From contig MU055770.1 in NCBI GenBank assembly GCA_013239625.1, positions 4,835,976 to 4,899,975 of the forward strand: a stretch of DNA of 64,000 nucleotides, read 5' to 3'. The translations under genes and the position numbers were made by a program. Below are positions 1-12,900 of the stretch, in pieces; position 1 is the stretch's first letter; each line of letters opens with the position of its first letter. Source of the DNA: Lama guanicoe (Eukaryota). The notes beneath the pieces are model-generated. The model made no database searches and was not told where the DNA came from. It was given only the letters and a program-made list of their open reading frames with translations.

Positions 1-94
1 GGGCCGCAACTCCTTTTGAATGTGCAGTATCTCTAAAAGCACCATTTAAAAAAAAAAAAAGAGTGTTACCTTTTTCCTATCATTACATGGACGT

Positions 95-300
95 GCTCAA
101 CTTAATGCTTTTGGATGACATGACGCCTTAACAGTTCTTCTCATCATTTTGCTACACAGGAGGGGGCATGATTTCTGTCTCACAGACCTGGAAACCGAGG
201 CTTAGAGTGGCTGGTAAGAACCTCTGTTAAAGCCACACAGTAACTGGCAGAGCTGAGATGTAAGCCTGGGAAAGACTGACTTGTGCATCGGTCTGTACCG
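95..300 (-). mobile_element. MIR SINE
   Basis: Reverse MIR core: cacagacctggaaaccgaggcttagag...gccacacagtaactggcagagctgagatgtaagcctggg. Confidence 0.65.
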
Positions 301-789
301 TTTCTGCTGGCTCTAATGGAAGTCTTAGTGTCAGATCTACATGGCACCTGTGTTCTGGTGGCAGCTTTGTGCCTACGGACCTTCTTAATTAGTGAATTAG
401 TGTGTATGTTTGTAGGGTGCTATAGCTTTTAAACTCTGCATCAGTGTTAGTCATCAGTGGGGATCTCGTCTTTGATGCAATAAGATTCTGCATCTGTCAG
501 TGTGATTTTTTTTCCCCTGTCTTTTGTTCGCAAGATTTCTCAACTGCTCAGATTTTTTTTTCCCTTTGGGCAATTTCCATCCTCCACTCTGCCCTCATCT
601 CAGAGAATTTTCTGTGTCAGTGGGTCCTTATGTGTCAGAGAACATAAGAGGAGAAAATGAAGGACTCCCAGAGGAAGCCGATGGCGCTTTTTAAAAGCTC
701 ATTAAAAAAACATCTGAAGTGACCTCAAGGGACTTTTGGAGTCTCTTTTGAAAGGCTTTGTTTACTAGTAGCCTTCTGTTCAGAGGGCT

Positions 790-980
790 CAGTGTGGGGA
801 ATATGGACTGAAGTCGGACAGACCTGTCTGACATTCTGCCTCTGCTTTTGTGACTTTGAACATGTTTCGTAACCTCTAAGTCTTGGCATCTTTACCTGTA
901 AAATGGAAGTGATGCTGATACGTGCTCCCAGGTTATTGTAAAGATGACATGAACTACGGTATGTGCTGTGTTTAGTATAG
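790..980 (+). mobile_element. MIR SINE
   Basis: tgtgactttgaacatgtttcgtaacctctaagtcttggcatctttacctgtaaaatggaagtgatg matches the MIR core. Confidence 0.65.
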
Positions 981-1214
981 ATCGAAGGCTAGGCTTGGAA
1001 GATGAACCCAGGGAGAGCGCCTGTGCTGAATTAAAGCAGACGTGCCCTCCACGGACTAAGGGCGAAGGGTAAGATCACAACTCCAAGTGTCTGAAGGTCC
1101 TACTCCCAGGTTTGGTAGACTTAGCCCCATCACAGAGTTTAACTGTGGGGAACTTAATGATACCCAGAAGTCCTTAGAGTGAAGGTATACATAGGTATAT
1201 ACTCATAGGTGAAT

Positions 1215-1400
1215 TACAAAAAATTTATTAAGCACCTGCTACTGCCAGGCACTATGCAGGTGCAGGTGATACAAAAGGAAAATAAGTTTGCGCTGTTGAT
1301 TTTGGAATTCACACACCAGCTATGGAACAGGTATGTAAACAAATGACTGATCTAACACGATGGGCTTTAAGGTGTGTGCAGAAAGCCCTAGGGCATCCGG
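1215..1400 (-). mobile_element. L2 LINE 3' end
   Basis: atttattaagcacctgctactgccaggcactatgcaggtgcaggtgatacaaaagg is the reverse L2 tail. Confidence 0.65.
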
Positions 1401-2589
1401 CGAGTTGGAAGGAAGCCATTCTTTGTTGATAATTTATTTTTAAGGATAAGCATTTTCTTATGGTAGAAGCATTATCAGAAAGTCTGATGATTTGTCATTT
1501 TTAGTGTAGATTGATCCTCAAACACCAAATGTGTTTAAGATGTTAACTTTACATTGGCTTTTTAATGAAAGCATTCTATCTTTAAACTTTTTTAAAAAAA
1601 ATGTATCTGTGCGGAACCTTCATGACTTAGATCAATAGAAGTTATAGGCACATTCTTGTTGTCCTGCTGATTGCATAAAGACACTCATAGCTTCAATGTG
1701 TGCAAGGGTTTTTTAAGCCCATCAGAGTGGATATGTTTTCCAAATGACTATTTGCATCCGTGGGAAATATTTTTAGCAATGTAGGGCCAAGTAGGTTTAT
1801 GTTATCTAGCATAGTGGTAGTGTTAACCAGCATAATAATGATTAGATCTTGACAATTGGAATATTAGCTACTGTGTATTAAACATTAACAGGAATAAATA
1901 TTATATATAAAAGATTAAAATATATTGAATATGTTGTGTATATAATAAGTCGAATCCACATATCACAATATTCTACAGCAGAAACTAATTTCCTTACTTT
2001 ACAGAGGAAGGAATTTGAACTTGCTTGAAATCACATAAAACTACTAAGGAATAGAACCAAACTGAACTTCAGAGTCTTTGTTCTTTTCACCTTTTTAAGT
2101 TGAATACAACTGTTTTTCACTTAACAGGATTTATAATACAATAATCTAAATTACAAATGCATTATCCAAACTTGAAGAATTTGAGCCAAAATCTATGCTA
2201 CCATTCTAACTCGTCTGAGTCTCCCTCGTGCCAGTTGAAGTGAACAAAAAACTTTGGAAATAAAAAATATATCTAGTCTGGCAATTTGCTTATATTTTTA
2301 AACCATCATTCCTTTTCCAGCTTCAAAGAAATTGCTAGCAATACTTAATAAAGAGCTCAGCCATTACGTATAAATGAAACAACATTTTAGGTAAAGAATT
2401 GAGACAGTATCTACTGGTTGATACATTAGTATTATTATCTAGTCAAAACATTTTTTTTTCTTATAGGAACATTCAGTTAAAATTTAAATTGTTCTTAGAA
2501 GTACTTCTATTATACTACTTGAGTTCTATGATAATACTTGAGGTACCATTTTTTTTGATGTGCTATGCTGAATTTCTCAGATTAGAAAT

Positions 2590-3142
2590 GATTTGTATTG
2601 TGGAAAATTCCAAATATACAAAATAGAAAGAATAGTGTAACAAGCCCTTTTATAGTCATGATCTGGCTTCAGCAGTTACTAACTCTTGCCCAATCTCGTG
2701 TCATCCATCTCCCCATTTTCTTCCCTCTCTTGTAAAGCAAGGCAGATTTCAGACATACTGTTTCACTTATAAATCTTTCAGTACATCATTCTAAAACCTA
2801 AAAACACTTTTAAAAAGCATAACCATACTTTAATGGTCACACCTGAAACTAAAAGTGAACCGTTCTTTAATACTAAATATTCAGTTAATGCTCAGTTTGC
2901 CAGTGTTTTCATAAAAGTGTGCTTTTCACATTTTCTTTGAATCAGGTGTCCAGATAATGCCCTTGTGATTGGTAAATATATAGATATTCCACTCCATCTT
3001 TTCTTCTCCTTGCAGTTTATTTGTTGAAGAAACTAGATTATTATGTGCAGAATTTTCCACAACTAGATACTGCTGATTGTATCTTAATATGTTCCTCTGT
3101 CCTGTGTAGTTTTGATAAACTTGTAGAAGGAGCTAGGAGCTT
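2590..3142 (-). mobile_element. Old L1 (L1MC4/5-like) 3'UTR fragment
   Basis: ggaaaattccaaatatacaaaatagaaagaatagtgtaacaagccc...ggcttcagcagttactaactcttgcc resembles reverse L1MC 3' ends. Confidence 0.55.
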
Positions 3143-4490
3143 NNNNNNNNNNNNNNNNNNNNNNNNNNNNNNNNNNNNNNNNNNNNNNNNNNNNNNNNNN
3201 NNNNNNNNNNNNNNNNNNNNNNNNNNNNNNNNNNNNNNNNNNNNNNNNNNNNNNNNNNNNNNNNNNNNNNNNNNNNNNNNNNNNNNNNNNNNNNNNNNNN
3301 NNNNNNNNNNNNNNNNNNNNNNNNNNNNNNNNNNNNNNNNNNNNNNNNNNNNCATTGGTATACTTGTTTATTTTTGCTTTTGTTGCTTTTGCTTTTGGTA
3401 TCAGATTCAAAAAATTATCGTCAAGACTGATGTCAGAGAAATTACCACCTATGTTTTCTTCTAGGAGTTTTATGATCTCAGGTCTTACATTTAAGTTTTT
3501 AATCCATTTGGAGTTATTTTTGTGTATGGTATAAGCCAGTGGTGCAGTTTCATTTTTTGTGTGTGTGGCTGTCCATTTTTCCCAGTACCATTTATGGAAG
3601 AGACTATCTTTTCCCCATTATATATTCTTGGCTCCTTTGTCATATATTAATTCCCCATTATATATTCTTGGCTCCTTTGTCATATATTAATTGACCATGT
3701 ATGTCTGGGTTTATTTCTGGGCTCTCTATTCTGTTTTGTCTGATCTGTCTGTTGTTAGGGTGATATCATACTGTTTTATTTACTGTAGCTTTGTAATATA
3801 GTTCAAAATCAGGGCACATGATGCTTCCAGCTCTGTTCTTCTTTTTCAAGAGTACTTTGGCCATTCAGGATCTTTTATGGNNNNNNNNNNNNNNNNNNNN
3901 NNNNNNNNNNNNNNNNNNNNNNNNNNNNNNNNNNNNNNNNNNNNNNNNNNNNNNNNNNNNNNNNNNNNNNNNNNNNNNNNNNNNNNNNNNNNNNNNNNNN
4001 NNNNNNNNNNNNNNNNNNNNNNNNNNNNNTTTCCATTTATTTGTGTTGCTGTCAGTCTCTTTTATTAATATCTAGTAGTTTTCAGTGTATAGGTCTTCCC
4101 TCCTTCCCCAGTTAAATTTATTCCTAGGTATTGTATTTTTTTTGATGAAATTGTAAAAAGGGATTGCTTTCTTAATTTCTCTTTCTGTTAGTTCATTATT
4201 AGTATGNNNNNNNNNNNNNNNNNNNNNNNNNNNNNNNNNNNNNNNNNNNNNNNNNNNNNNNNNNNNNNNNNNNNNNNNNNNNNNNNNNNNNNNNNNNNNN
4301 NNNNNNNNNNNNNNNNNNNNNNNNNNNNNNNNNNNNNNNNNNNNNNNNNNNNNNNNNNNNNNNNNNNNNNNNNNNNNNNNNNNNNNNNNNNNNNNNNNNN
4401 NNNNNNNNNNNNNNNNNNNNNNNNNNNNNNNNNNNNNNNNNNNNNNNNNNNNNNNNNNNNNNNNNNNNNNNNNNNNNNNNNNNNNNNNNN
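3143..4490. other. Three N-runs (3143-3352, 3881-4029, 4207-4490)
   Basis: Direct reading: 210, 149 and 284 N. Confidence 0.98.
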
Positions 4491-4600
4491 CAGCCCTTTT
4501 CATTATTGGGCGTGATGTTAGCTGTGAGCTTATCACATATGACATTTATTATGTTGAAGTATGTTCCCTCTATACCCACTTTGTTGAGAGTTTTTTTTTT
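3353..4600 (-). mobile_element. L1 ORF2 (RT region) fragment interrupted by N-runs
   Basis: Minus-strand translations give L1 ORF2 peptides (KTLNKVGIEGTYFNII..DKLTANI; NNELTEREIKKAIPF); T-rich antisense composition. Confidence 0.92.
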
Positions 4601-7600
4601 AATCCCAAATAGATGTAGTGTGCTTTTCAAATTCACAAACAAGTGAATTTCATAGCTGTATAACTATATGACTTAAAGTATAAGCCTTTAAATATTAGGG
4701 TTTTATTTCTATATTTTTAAACTATTAGAATGGTAATTTTTCTTCCAAGCATCAAGTACTCTCCAGCCTTACTAAATGGAATATTACTATGCATACTATT
4801 TATTTGGGTTGTGATACAGCGTGTCTTTGGAAGCTGTTGACATATGCATGATTAGATGGCTCTATATCAGATATTCTCGAGGTATTTTATAAATTTTTTT
4901 CTTCACGTCTTGTGTTTTATTATTCTTTTGTTATTAAAACCTACAAATTTCTTTCTACTATCTCTAGCAACCCTAGCTTCCCAAATTCAAATTTAACGCT
5001 TCTAAGTAACAGTTCTTACGTGCTGTGGATTGATTTGATTATTAACTTTTTTAGAACTTTGTCTAAGATTTGAAAAGATCCAAACTGAACTTGAGGGTAT
5101 CCTCTAAGAGCAAGATGCAGAAGGGTAGCACATAGACTCTGAGGAATCGATTTCAGTAGCCATGTAACTTTTTAATTTACTTTTAGACATTGCTGAGGTG
5201 TTATGGATGTGTGGCCTCTAGGCAAGTGAGATTTTATTATATTAGAATCCGAGCAGAAGAATGAAAACCGACCTTCAGTATGTCCATTATTTTGACTTAG
5301 AGAGTTGGGATTCAGATTCAGAACTCCCATACTCCAAAGTCCATTGCTGTTAGACTCATGTGATAGAGAAGTCAACACTGTTAATTATTATAGTTCTTTC
5401 CAATTATTTGGTATTAGTGATAGTTTTTTATTTAAAACACAAACTCTTTGTCCTTGTCTTATTACTGCTATCCTGGCTTTTAAAAAATGTTCACACATAT
5501 GGATTCTTTAAACACCTAATAGGTAGATACCTATTTTAAATGTATTTTACAGCATTGTAAGATATAGGTCATTTAATAGCATGCACTTTTAAAATACCCT
5601 GGCTACTACGTTTATTTATAAGCCTTGAAGCTGAATATACAAATCAACTACATATAGGAGATAATTAAATATGCCTATTCTACTGACAGTTTGTAAAATG
5701 CTAGAAAATAACTACCAAATAGCAAAATAAAGTACCTTTGGGGTATTTGGGTTAGATGTGGATTCAAGTTCTTTTTTAAATCTTAGAATCGTTGTTCAGT
5801 ACATCCCAGAGTTACTGCAAGGATTTAATCAGATAGCATGTTAATGTGCCTAGCACAATATGTGATTCTTCATGATCTCTTTCCTCTTTATCTTTTCCAG
5901 CCATGTAATTTTGAGTCTAGATAAAAAGAGAACACAAAGTATAAGTAAAAGAGAACAAAGTGTATTTATTAATCAAAAGCAACTGTTGCTTGCATGCTGT
6001 GCTTCAAAATGAGTGATATTTTACTTTTATTCATTTACTCTCACGTGATGTTTGTCTTTAATGCAGCTCTCATTGAACTGAATTGGAAACGTAAGAATTG
6101 GAGCATATTTTCATTTTTGTGGTGAGTTCATTTGTAGATAAATTAGTATATTTGGAGCAGTCTGCTGTTACTTGGGAAATTTTGTCATTTGCATGTGCTC
6201 ATTGACATATTACAATTATCCAAGAGATGCTTTTAGTGTGAGTGGTGGCGAGAGCCTCCCCAGCCCCAAAAGCTGGCTGTGCCACAGGTGCCCTCAGTGT
6301 TGAATTCTTTGTGTCAACCTGACAGTTTTAAAATGGGAGTGATATTGCTGTTGGCTCTGGGACCTTCCAGATTCTACGTTGTGAGGATAAACTGAGATCA
6401 TGGACGAAAGTGTTTTAATAACAAAAAAAAGTAAAGTAGGGGCCGTAATCTTGTGAACTGTATAGCGAATTAAATGGGAATTAATAGTTTACATGGAGAG
6501 AATCTTTTTAAGGATGAAAATTTTGAATATAATTGTAGCCTGATGCCACTGGGAGAGTGGCAATTGTACTAAGACAGGACCATCTTATATGTTGTTTCTG
6601 AGAAAAACTGGCAAGCACAGAAGAGAGAGAAAAGGAGGAAAGCAAGAGGAAGAGTGGTAGAAAGAATACAAAACAGAACGAAACCAATTAGATGGCTTTG
6701 AAAGCACCGGAGTTTCTAGAACTGCAAATTTCTTTACTTACTAGGAATTATTAGCAGGAACTATTCGTCTGTGAATTACTGACTGTGTATTTTCCATTTA
6801 AAACCTACTTACGTTATTTACAGTTTCTTTTTACTCAGAGTTTTATATTCTTGCTGTGGGGAAAAAAAAATCTAGTTCTGATTTCTCCCTTCTGTAGAGT
6901 TTTAGCCATTCATCTGGATGCACTGATAAACGTAGTCTGGAGCTTAGTAAAACTTAATGAGTGTTTTTTCTAAATCTGTCAGTTTTTTTGTTGGTTTGGT
7001 TTTCTTTTTAACTTCCTTTATTTTTCTTGTTGTTCTTCAGTCCCCCAAGTCCAAGTCATGGTCTGTCTCTGTTTGGGGGGAGGTTTTTCACATACTCTCT
7101 TATTCTTGGTCTCCCAAGAAAGTATACCTAGGTTTTTTTTTTAAAGGATCCAGGTTACTATATAGAAAACACGATTTCGGTATTTCTTTCCAGTAAGTGT
7201 GTTTTCCGAGTATTTTCCTACGTCTTGGAGGAGAAATACAGGCTGAGTGGAAGTAAAATTACTACCTCCGAGTGCCCTGTAGCGCAGGTGTTATCCCATC
7301 CTCATGTGGTGGTCGTTACTCTGTAGCGAGATGACTTGGTCATCTTTTGTCTGATGTTTCAGCTGATGACTATCTGTGTCAGTCTAGAGGAAGATGTTAT
7401 GTTTTCTTGGCACAGTTTACTTATTATTCAGCTCCTTGCTAAGTGACTGAGGGGGCTGCTGTGTTCAGGGCCTTTCACAATGACTGGTGACTTGTCCTTT
7501 AATCTTCAGAGCTGGCGCAACAGTTTTAATTCTTCTGCAGCCCCTTTAACCTCTAATTTATTGCTTGGCTGAGTCATCAGGCAGCTACTTTTGTGTTCTC

Positions 7601-7784
7601 TTTATGCAATGTCAAGGCATACTCCTTTGTATCTTTAAAAGAAATGCTGTTTCTTAGTAAATAATTGACTTATTTAGTTTCACTTATAAGTCATTTCTTT
7701 GGTTTCCCCAAAAGTGATTGACTAGTCCAAAGAAACATAGTTCAGGGGACTTTTACCAATTTTTTTTTCTTTTTAAATTCAGGC

Positions 7785-7995
7785 AGTGAATGTAGGATGT
7801 AGCAGAAGGGCCTGGGTTTATAGTCTTCACCATCTAATACTTGTAAAATTTGGGGCATGTATCCTCCCTGAGCCTCAAACTTTATAGTTATAAAATGGGT
7901 ACAGTGTTACCTATATAGAATTGTTGGCATTAAATGAGATAGTATATAGAGAGTGCCTAGTACAGCCTGGAGCACAAATATGTACTTAAGGTAAT
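7785..7995 (+). mobile_element. MIR SINE
   Basis: ctccctgagcctcaaactttatagttataaaatgggtacagtgttacc...cattaaatgagatagtatatagagagtgcctagtacagcctgg. Confidence 0.75.
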
Positions 7996-9526
7996 TATTG
8001 TCATAACTGGTTTCTCCTCCTCCTGGTTGTCATCATTGTCACAATTATTTGGCAGAGCCCAAAGGGAGTTCTGTACACGTGAGCTCAAAACAGAAGGCAG
8101 CCTTGATAAAGGTCTCTTGTTGCTTCAGTAAATTACCTTGAGAACTTGTGTGCAATTTTTTGTTGTTGTTGCATTATTCATCTTTGTTAGAATGAAAAAG
8201 TCCAGGCTTAGAGATCATTCAACGTGTCTGACTGAGGTTACCACAGACTTATGGAAATGGGTTAACTGTTTGCCAATAAGCTGTTTCTGGCAACAGTGTT
8301 TGAGTTTTATGAAATACACAGTTTAACTTCAGACTTAAGTGCTCTCAGGGGTAGACAGTTATTTAAGCCATTTACCTTTGCAAGAACAACACTCAAAAAA
8401 GTACTAACCACTTAAAAATATCTACCTTTTCCAGAGTATTTCCATTTTATGGCTATGATGAAAAAATTCTACCGTGAAATCAGATTTTAAAGAGCAGGCA
8501 TATATAGTGATGACTTACCAGCTTCCTTTTACCTACGAACAGGCACGCCTGACTTTCTGTCTCTGAGCGCACAGCGTGAGCGTCCAAGCTGTAGGGGGTT
8601 AAATCGTAGCACGTTGAGTAGCTTCTTGCTGTCAGTTTGGGGATGATTGAAACTACCTGCACATTGAACTGAATGAAACCTTTTTATGCAAGAATACTAG
8701 GAACAAATGTTTCTATTCAGGATTTACTCTAGCTCTGGATCTTTAACATGGAATTCACATGAGGTGAAAAAGCCCGAGTGAAACATTTAACATGGTGAAA
8801 AGCTTATTTAAAAATTTTATGCTCTGAATTTAATTCTTCAAAATACCTTGAAAAGGCAGTAAGTATTTCCAAGAGGACAGAGACAGGGATTCTGTTTAGG
8901 GGATTTGATTCAGTCAGTAAAAAACTTGGGTGACAGTTGCCCAGAATGTTTTGATTATTCTATCCAACAAGGATTTATTTTCCTACCATATAAGGACATG
9001 CCTTTAAGATAGTACTATAAGATATATTATTGGCTGAATTTTTGCCTGAGATGCAATTCTGAAATGAGTAAGTGGAATATTTTAAATGTTATGTGGAAGC
9101 CTGTCATTTGTGAATCCATTTTTAAAGCAGCATATAATAGATCTTTCATGCTCTTGGAGATTTTCTTATTTCCGTGTAGATAACGGGGCTCATCCAGCTC
9201 ATCTCCATTTTTTTTTTAAGTTATGTGAGAAGTGCAGTTATTTTCTGAGGCAGGTGAAGGAAAAGAGGAGCTGTATCGTAACCCAAGAACATAGTTATTA
9301 TCGGGACCGTGTCGTGGAACCAAAAGGAAATGAAGGGTTGATGAGCTGCAGTCAGAGGGCAACTAACACTGACCTAAATGCATAGTGTGCCTGATTGTCA
9401 AGTTCGTCATTCTCCTTAGTGACACAGGAGGCCAGTGGAGACGAGGTAGAGGAGTGGTAGGCCAGCTTTAAAGGTAAGGCCCCTGCCCTCAAGAAGTTAA
9501 TAGTTTCATTTACAAATCAGAATTAT

Positions 9527-9579
9527 GGTGACACAACATTGTAAAATGATTATAAATCAATAAAAAATGTTAAAAAAAA
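9527..9579 (+). mobile_element. 53-bp 5'-truncated young L1 3' stub with poly-A and 15-bp TSD
   Basis: gacacaacattgtaaaatgattataaatcaataaaaaatgtt(A)n is nearly identical to the tails of the L1 copies at ~18235 and ~46650 (reverse). TSD acaaat(c/t)agaattat at 9512-9526 and 9580-9594. Confidence 0.85.
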
Positions 9580-9864
9580 ACAAATTAGAATTATCTATTT
9601 TAAAGCCCCTTAGTTTCTAAGCTCCCTGTGGACATGAGGAGTCTAGTCCCGGTGTATCTTATTGAATCTTTATCTTTCAGATTTTCTTCAAGTACCTACC
9701 TTGGTGCTTAGACTATGCATTGGCTGAACTAAACTGGCAGGACACTATCAAGTGCTAAAGAGACAGACTGTGTTTTTATTCTCTGTAGAGTGACTAGCAG
9801 CACACAGTACATCTTACCTGTAGCAGAATTAGATTGGTCTTCTCTCCAGGATCCAGGTAAGCAA

Positions 9865-10030
9865 GGAGAGGAGTGTAGAGTGAAATATTTAAAGTGTAGG
9901 AAAACCAAAACCAGAATCAGCAACCAAGAATTCTATATCCAGCAAAATTATCCTTCAAAAATGAAGGAGAAAGACTTTCTCAAACAGAACTACAAATACC
10001 CTTGCCTTGAAGGAAATGTTAAAAGAATTA
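9865..10030 (+). mobile_element. Old L1 ORF1 C-terminal fragment
   Basis: caaccaagaattctatatccagcaaaattatccttcaaaaatgaaggagaa translates to QPRILYPAKLSFKNEGE, the L1 ORF1p motif. Confidence 0.85.
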
Positions 10031-11880
10031 TGATTCCTAAATGTTCCAGTCAGTGGGTTATCTTTTTATTTTCTTGGTTGTGTTTTAGCACACTTTTATT
10101 GGCTTGAATATTTTGCTACCAAAGATCGAAATCAAGATATATTGTGCTTTGAATTTTTCTGGAAATAGTATCTCTGAAAAGACCATTTTTCAGTTAAGCT
10201 TATTCACAATCTTAAATAGGTAATGTTCTTTGTATTCAAAGTAAGTCACAGAGCATGAACTTTGGACTTTATTTTCATGCAAAAGGTATATGCTCTCCTC
10301 AAACAGATATATGGTGGTGTTAGGAGTCATGCCTAACCTTTCAAATTCAGTTAACGACTCAGCATCCAGGAGAATGCTCCTGATTATTGTTCCTGTGTTT
10401 TTGTAACATCCTCTAAGGCTCTTTGTTGTGAGAAACAAATTACCTTTTTATATCTTGGGAGTCAGTGTTATTAAGTTTCTTTAAGCTTCATCTCTTGGAC
10501 TGTTATTAGTTTGGCCCAGGACACTGTGTAAATTATATACATGTATACACTCCCAGATCACTTCCTGGTTTGCAGATGGAATCTGTGAATTGGCTCGTGT
10601 GTGTGTTTTAAGAGTTATTACCATGGTGATGAATAATCCGCGGAGTTTTACGGTTGGCATGACTCTCTCAGGTTGGGTCACCTGTGTTTTCTTACTACCA
10701 GTTTCCCACCCTTTGGGCAACAGTTAAATTTCCATCATTAAAAACCAAGTAGTTAGAATGCAAAAGTAGTGACTTAGTAGAATTAGCTACTTTAACGCCT
10801 TTAATCTGTTGATTATTTCCTTTCAGTGCTAACTAGCAGGGGCTTACTCCCTTCACACAGCCTTAAACCTCCCCTTTGCAGTCAGAACTGGTGGGGAATC
10901 ACTCTCCTGTACTGCAGTTGTGAATTTGTCATCATTTGTTGACACATTATAGGGGAGGGGAGAAGAGAACTGACAAAAACATCTTGACGAAAGAAACCAG
11001 ACTTCTCCATTCTTGATTTTAATGGGTCAACATTTCAAGTAATTTGCTTTCCTGTATTTACGTGTGCTGTGGCAGTGGGTCAGCTGTCTTAACCTTAAAC
11101 CTTGTCCATACCTACAAACATTTAAAAGTCATGTAAAAGTTTTTCAGTTACGTTTCAAATATAACACAGGAATGAGGAAGCGTGCACACAAGTGAAACAA
11201 TGAATTTGGGTTCATAAAGTGAGTGGTTGATTTGGGCGTATACACTGTATGCCCTGTGGTCAGAACGGATGTAATGAGAGCTTCCTACTTGGGGTCGATG
11301 CTTTCATAGCCAACCCAGCTCTGTACAGTCCGAGATATCTGGAAATTAAATCAGCCAGGAAAATAATCAGAACCCCAGATGGCACAGGCCTCATGAGAAA
11401 TTAAAACAGCCAGACTGTAGTTGCTTGGGTGTAACTCAGATTTAACCAAACAGCTTACTACAGTTCCCTGAGTGGAATGATGATGTTAAGAGAGCTAGCG
11501 AATTTCAAACCCCGGAGAAATACCACTTACGGAATTACAGTCATCCTCGTCAAGTTAATAATTTAAACCTAAAGAGTCATATGCAGCACAGTTTCATTTA
11601 GTTCAGTTCTGGTTCTGATATGTCTTCTCTAACTCATAACCTCTCAGCCATCAAAATGGTTTTCCATTTAATTAATTTGAATTGAAGAGATTTTCCCTTT
11701 CTCTCTTTTACACCTACATTATTGAGAAAATTCATAATAATCATTTCTGCTTCTAGAATGACTATATGATTTCATTTATAACTAGTATAGTACACACTTC
11801 ATTGTAGGGACTGAGTGTACCTTCATTTATTTATTCATTCTTTCAGGAGGCAAAGGAAGGCAGGAAAACTAATCACCAAC

Positions 11881-11911
11881 TAGATAGATAGATGATTAGA
11901 TAGATAGACAG
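11881..11911. repeat. Imperfect (TAGA)n microsatellite
   Basis: tagatagatagatgattagatagatagacag. Confidence 0.8.
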
Positions 11912-12047
11912 ACGAATGAGTTAATAAATAAATAAGTAAGATAAAGCTACAGATTGTCACTTCAAAACCTGCATCTTATTGTCATCTCACTGTTTTGAGA
12001 AATACTCACTGTATCATCAATGCCTCCAGCAAGAAAGCATTCTGTAC

Positions 12048-12093
12048 GTGTGTGTACCTGTGTGTGTGTGTGTGTGTCTGTGTGTGTGTGTGT
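12048..12093. repeat. Interrupted (TG)n microsatellite
   Basis: Direct reading. Confidence 0.95.
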
Positions 12094-12239
12094 CTTCACT
12101 CTCTGCTGTCACTCCCTAGACATCCAGGCTTTTGTCAAAACATGGCAGTTCCCTCTTGACTGATTTTCACAAACCCACCTGGCGTTTATCACTGCATCTT
12201 GGTTGTTATGGTTCTTTTATTGGACTTTGGCACATAGTT

Positions 12240-12900
12240 GAGTGCTGCTGAGCGGATGCCGCCTTCTCCAGGTGATTCATTTTTAAGAGTTTCTTCTCTG
12301 CCAACCACAGGGACTGAATTTTATACCCCACAGAGGAATGCAGAATTCTCAGCTCAGCCCCCACCTCCCCAAATCCCACCACCCTGTCCTCCTTGACAAT
12401 AATTATCTGTCTTGTTTCTTGCTGTTTTTCTGCCTGTATCCTTTGTTCCTCAGCTTGTTGTTAATCGGAAAGAACCACTTAATCCTTCTTGCTCTGTTAG
12501 ACTCTTTAATTTCTGTTGTGACATCATCTTCAGATATTAGCTCTTCACAGTGCCTTCCTAACCTTACTGGAAGAGAAGTGGCAATTTGCTTCCCGAAAAC
12601 TTTCTATTTATTCAGATTTTATGACTAACCCTTCCCTAGCCAACATCATAGGCTTTTGACCTTTTATTACTCTTAAGTATGATTTTATTAGGTTTATGCT
12701 GTGTTCAGTGTTCACATATATACCTGTGCTCTTTGTGTGCTTTTAGTGCGTGTGTCAGTATCCATAGTACAGAGTGACCTATCGGGTAAATTCTGCATCT
12801 TATTTATGAGCCAGCCAGCATATTCACGTGAGGCACATTTCAACACACATCTGGTAAATTTATAATAAATATTTGTTTGTTGATGTGGCTTATGAGTCTT
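12240..12900 (-). mobile_element. Ancient L1ME-like 3' fragment
   Basis: T-rich degenerate sequence resembling reverse L1ME 3'UTR; family uncertain. Confidence 0.4.

Noticed and set aside
3021-4642. ORFs of 63-157 aa containing X runs
   Set aside because: Artefacts of translating through N-runs; the real residues are decayed L1.
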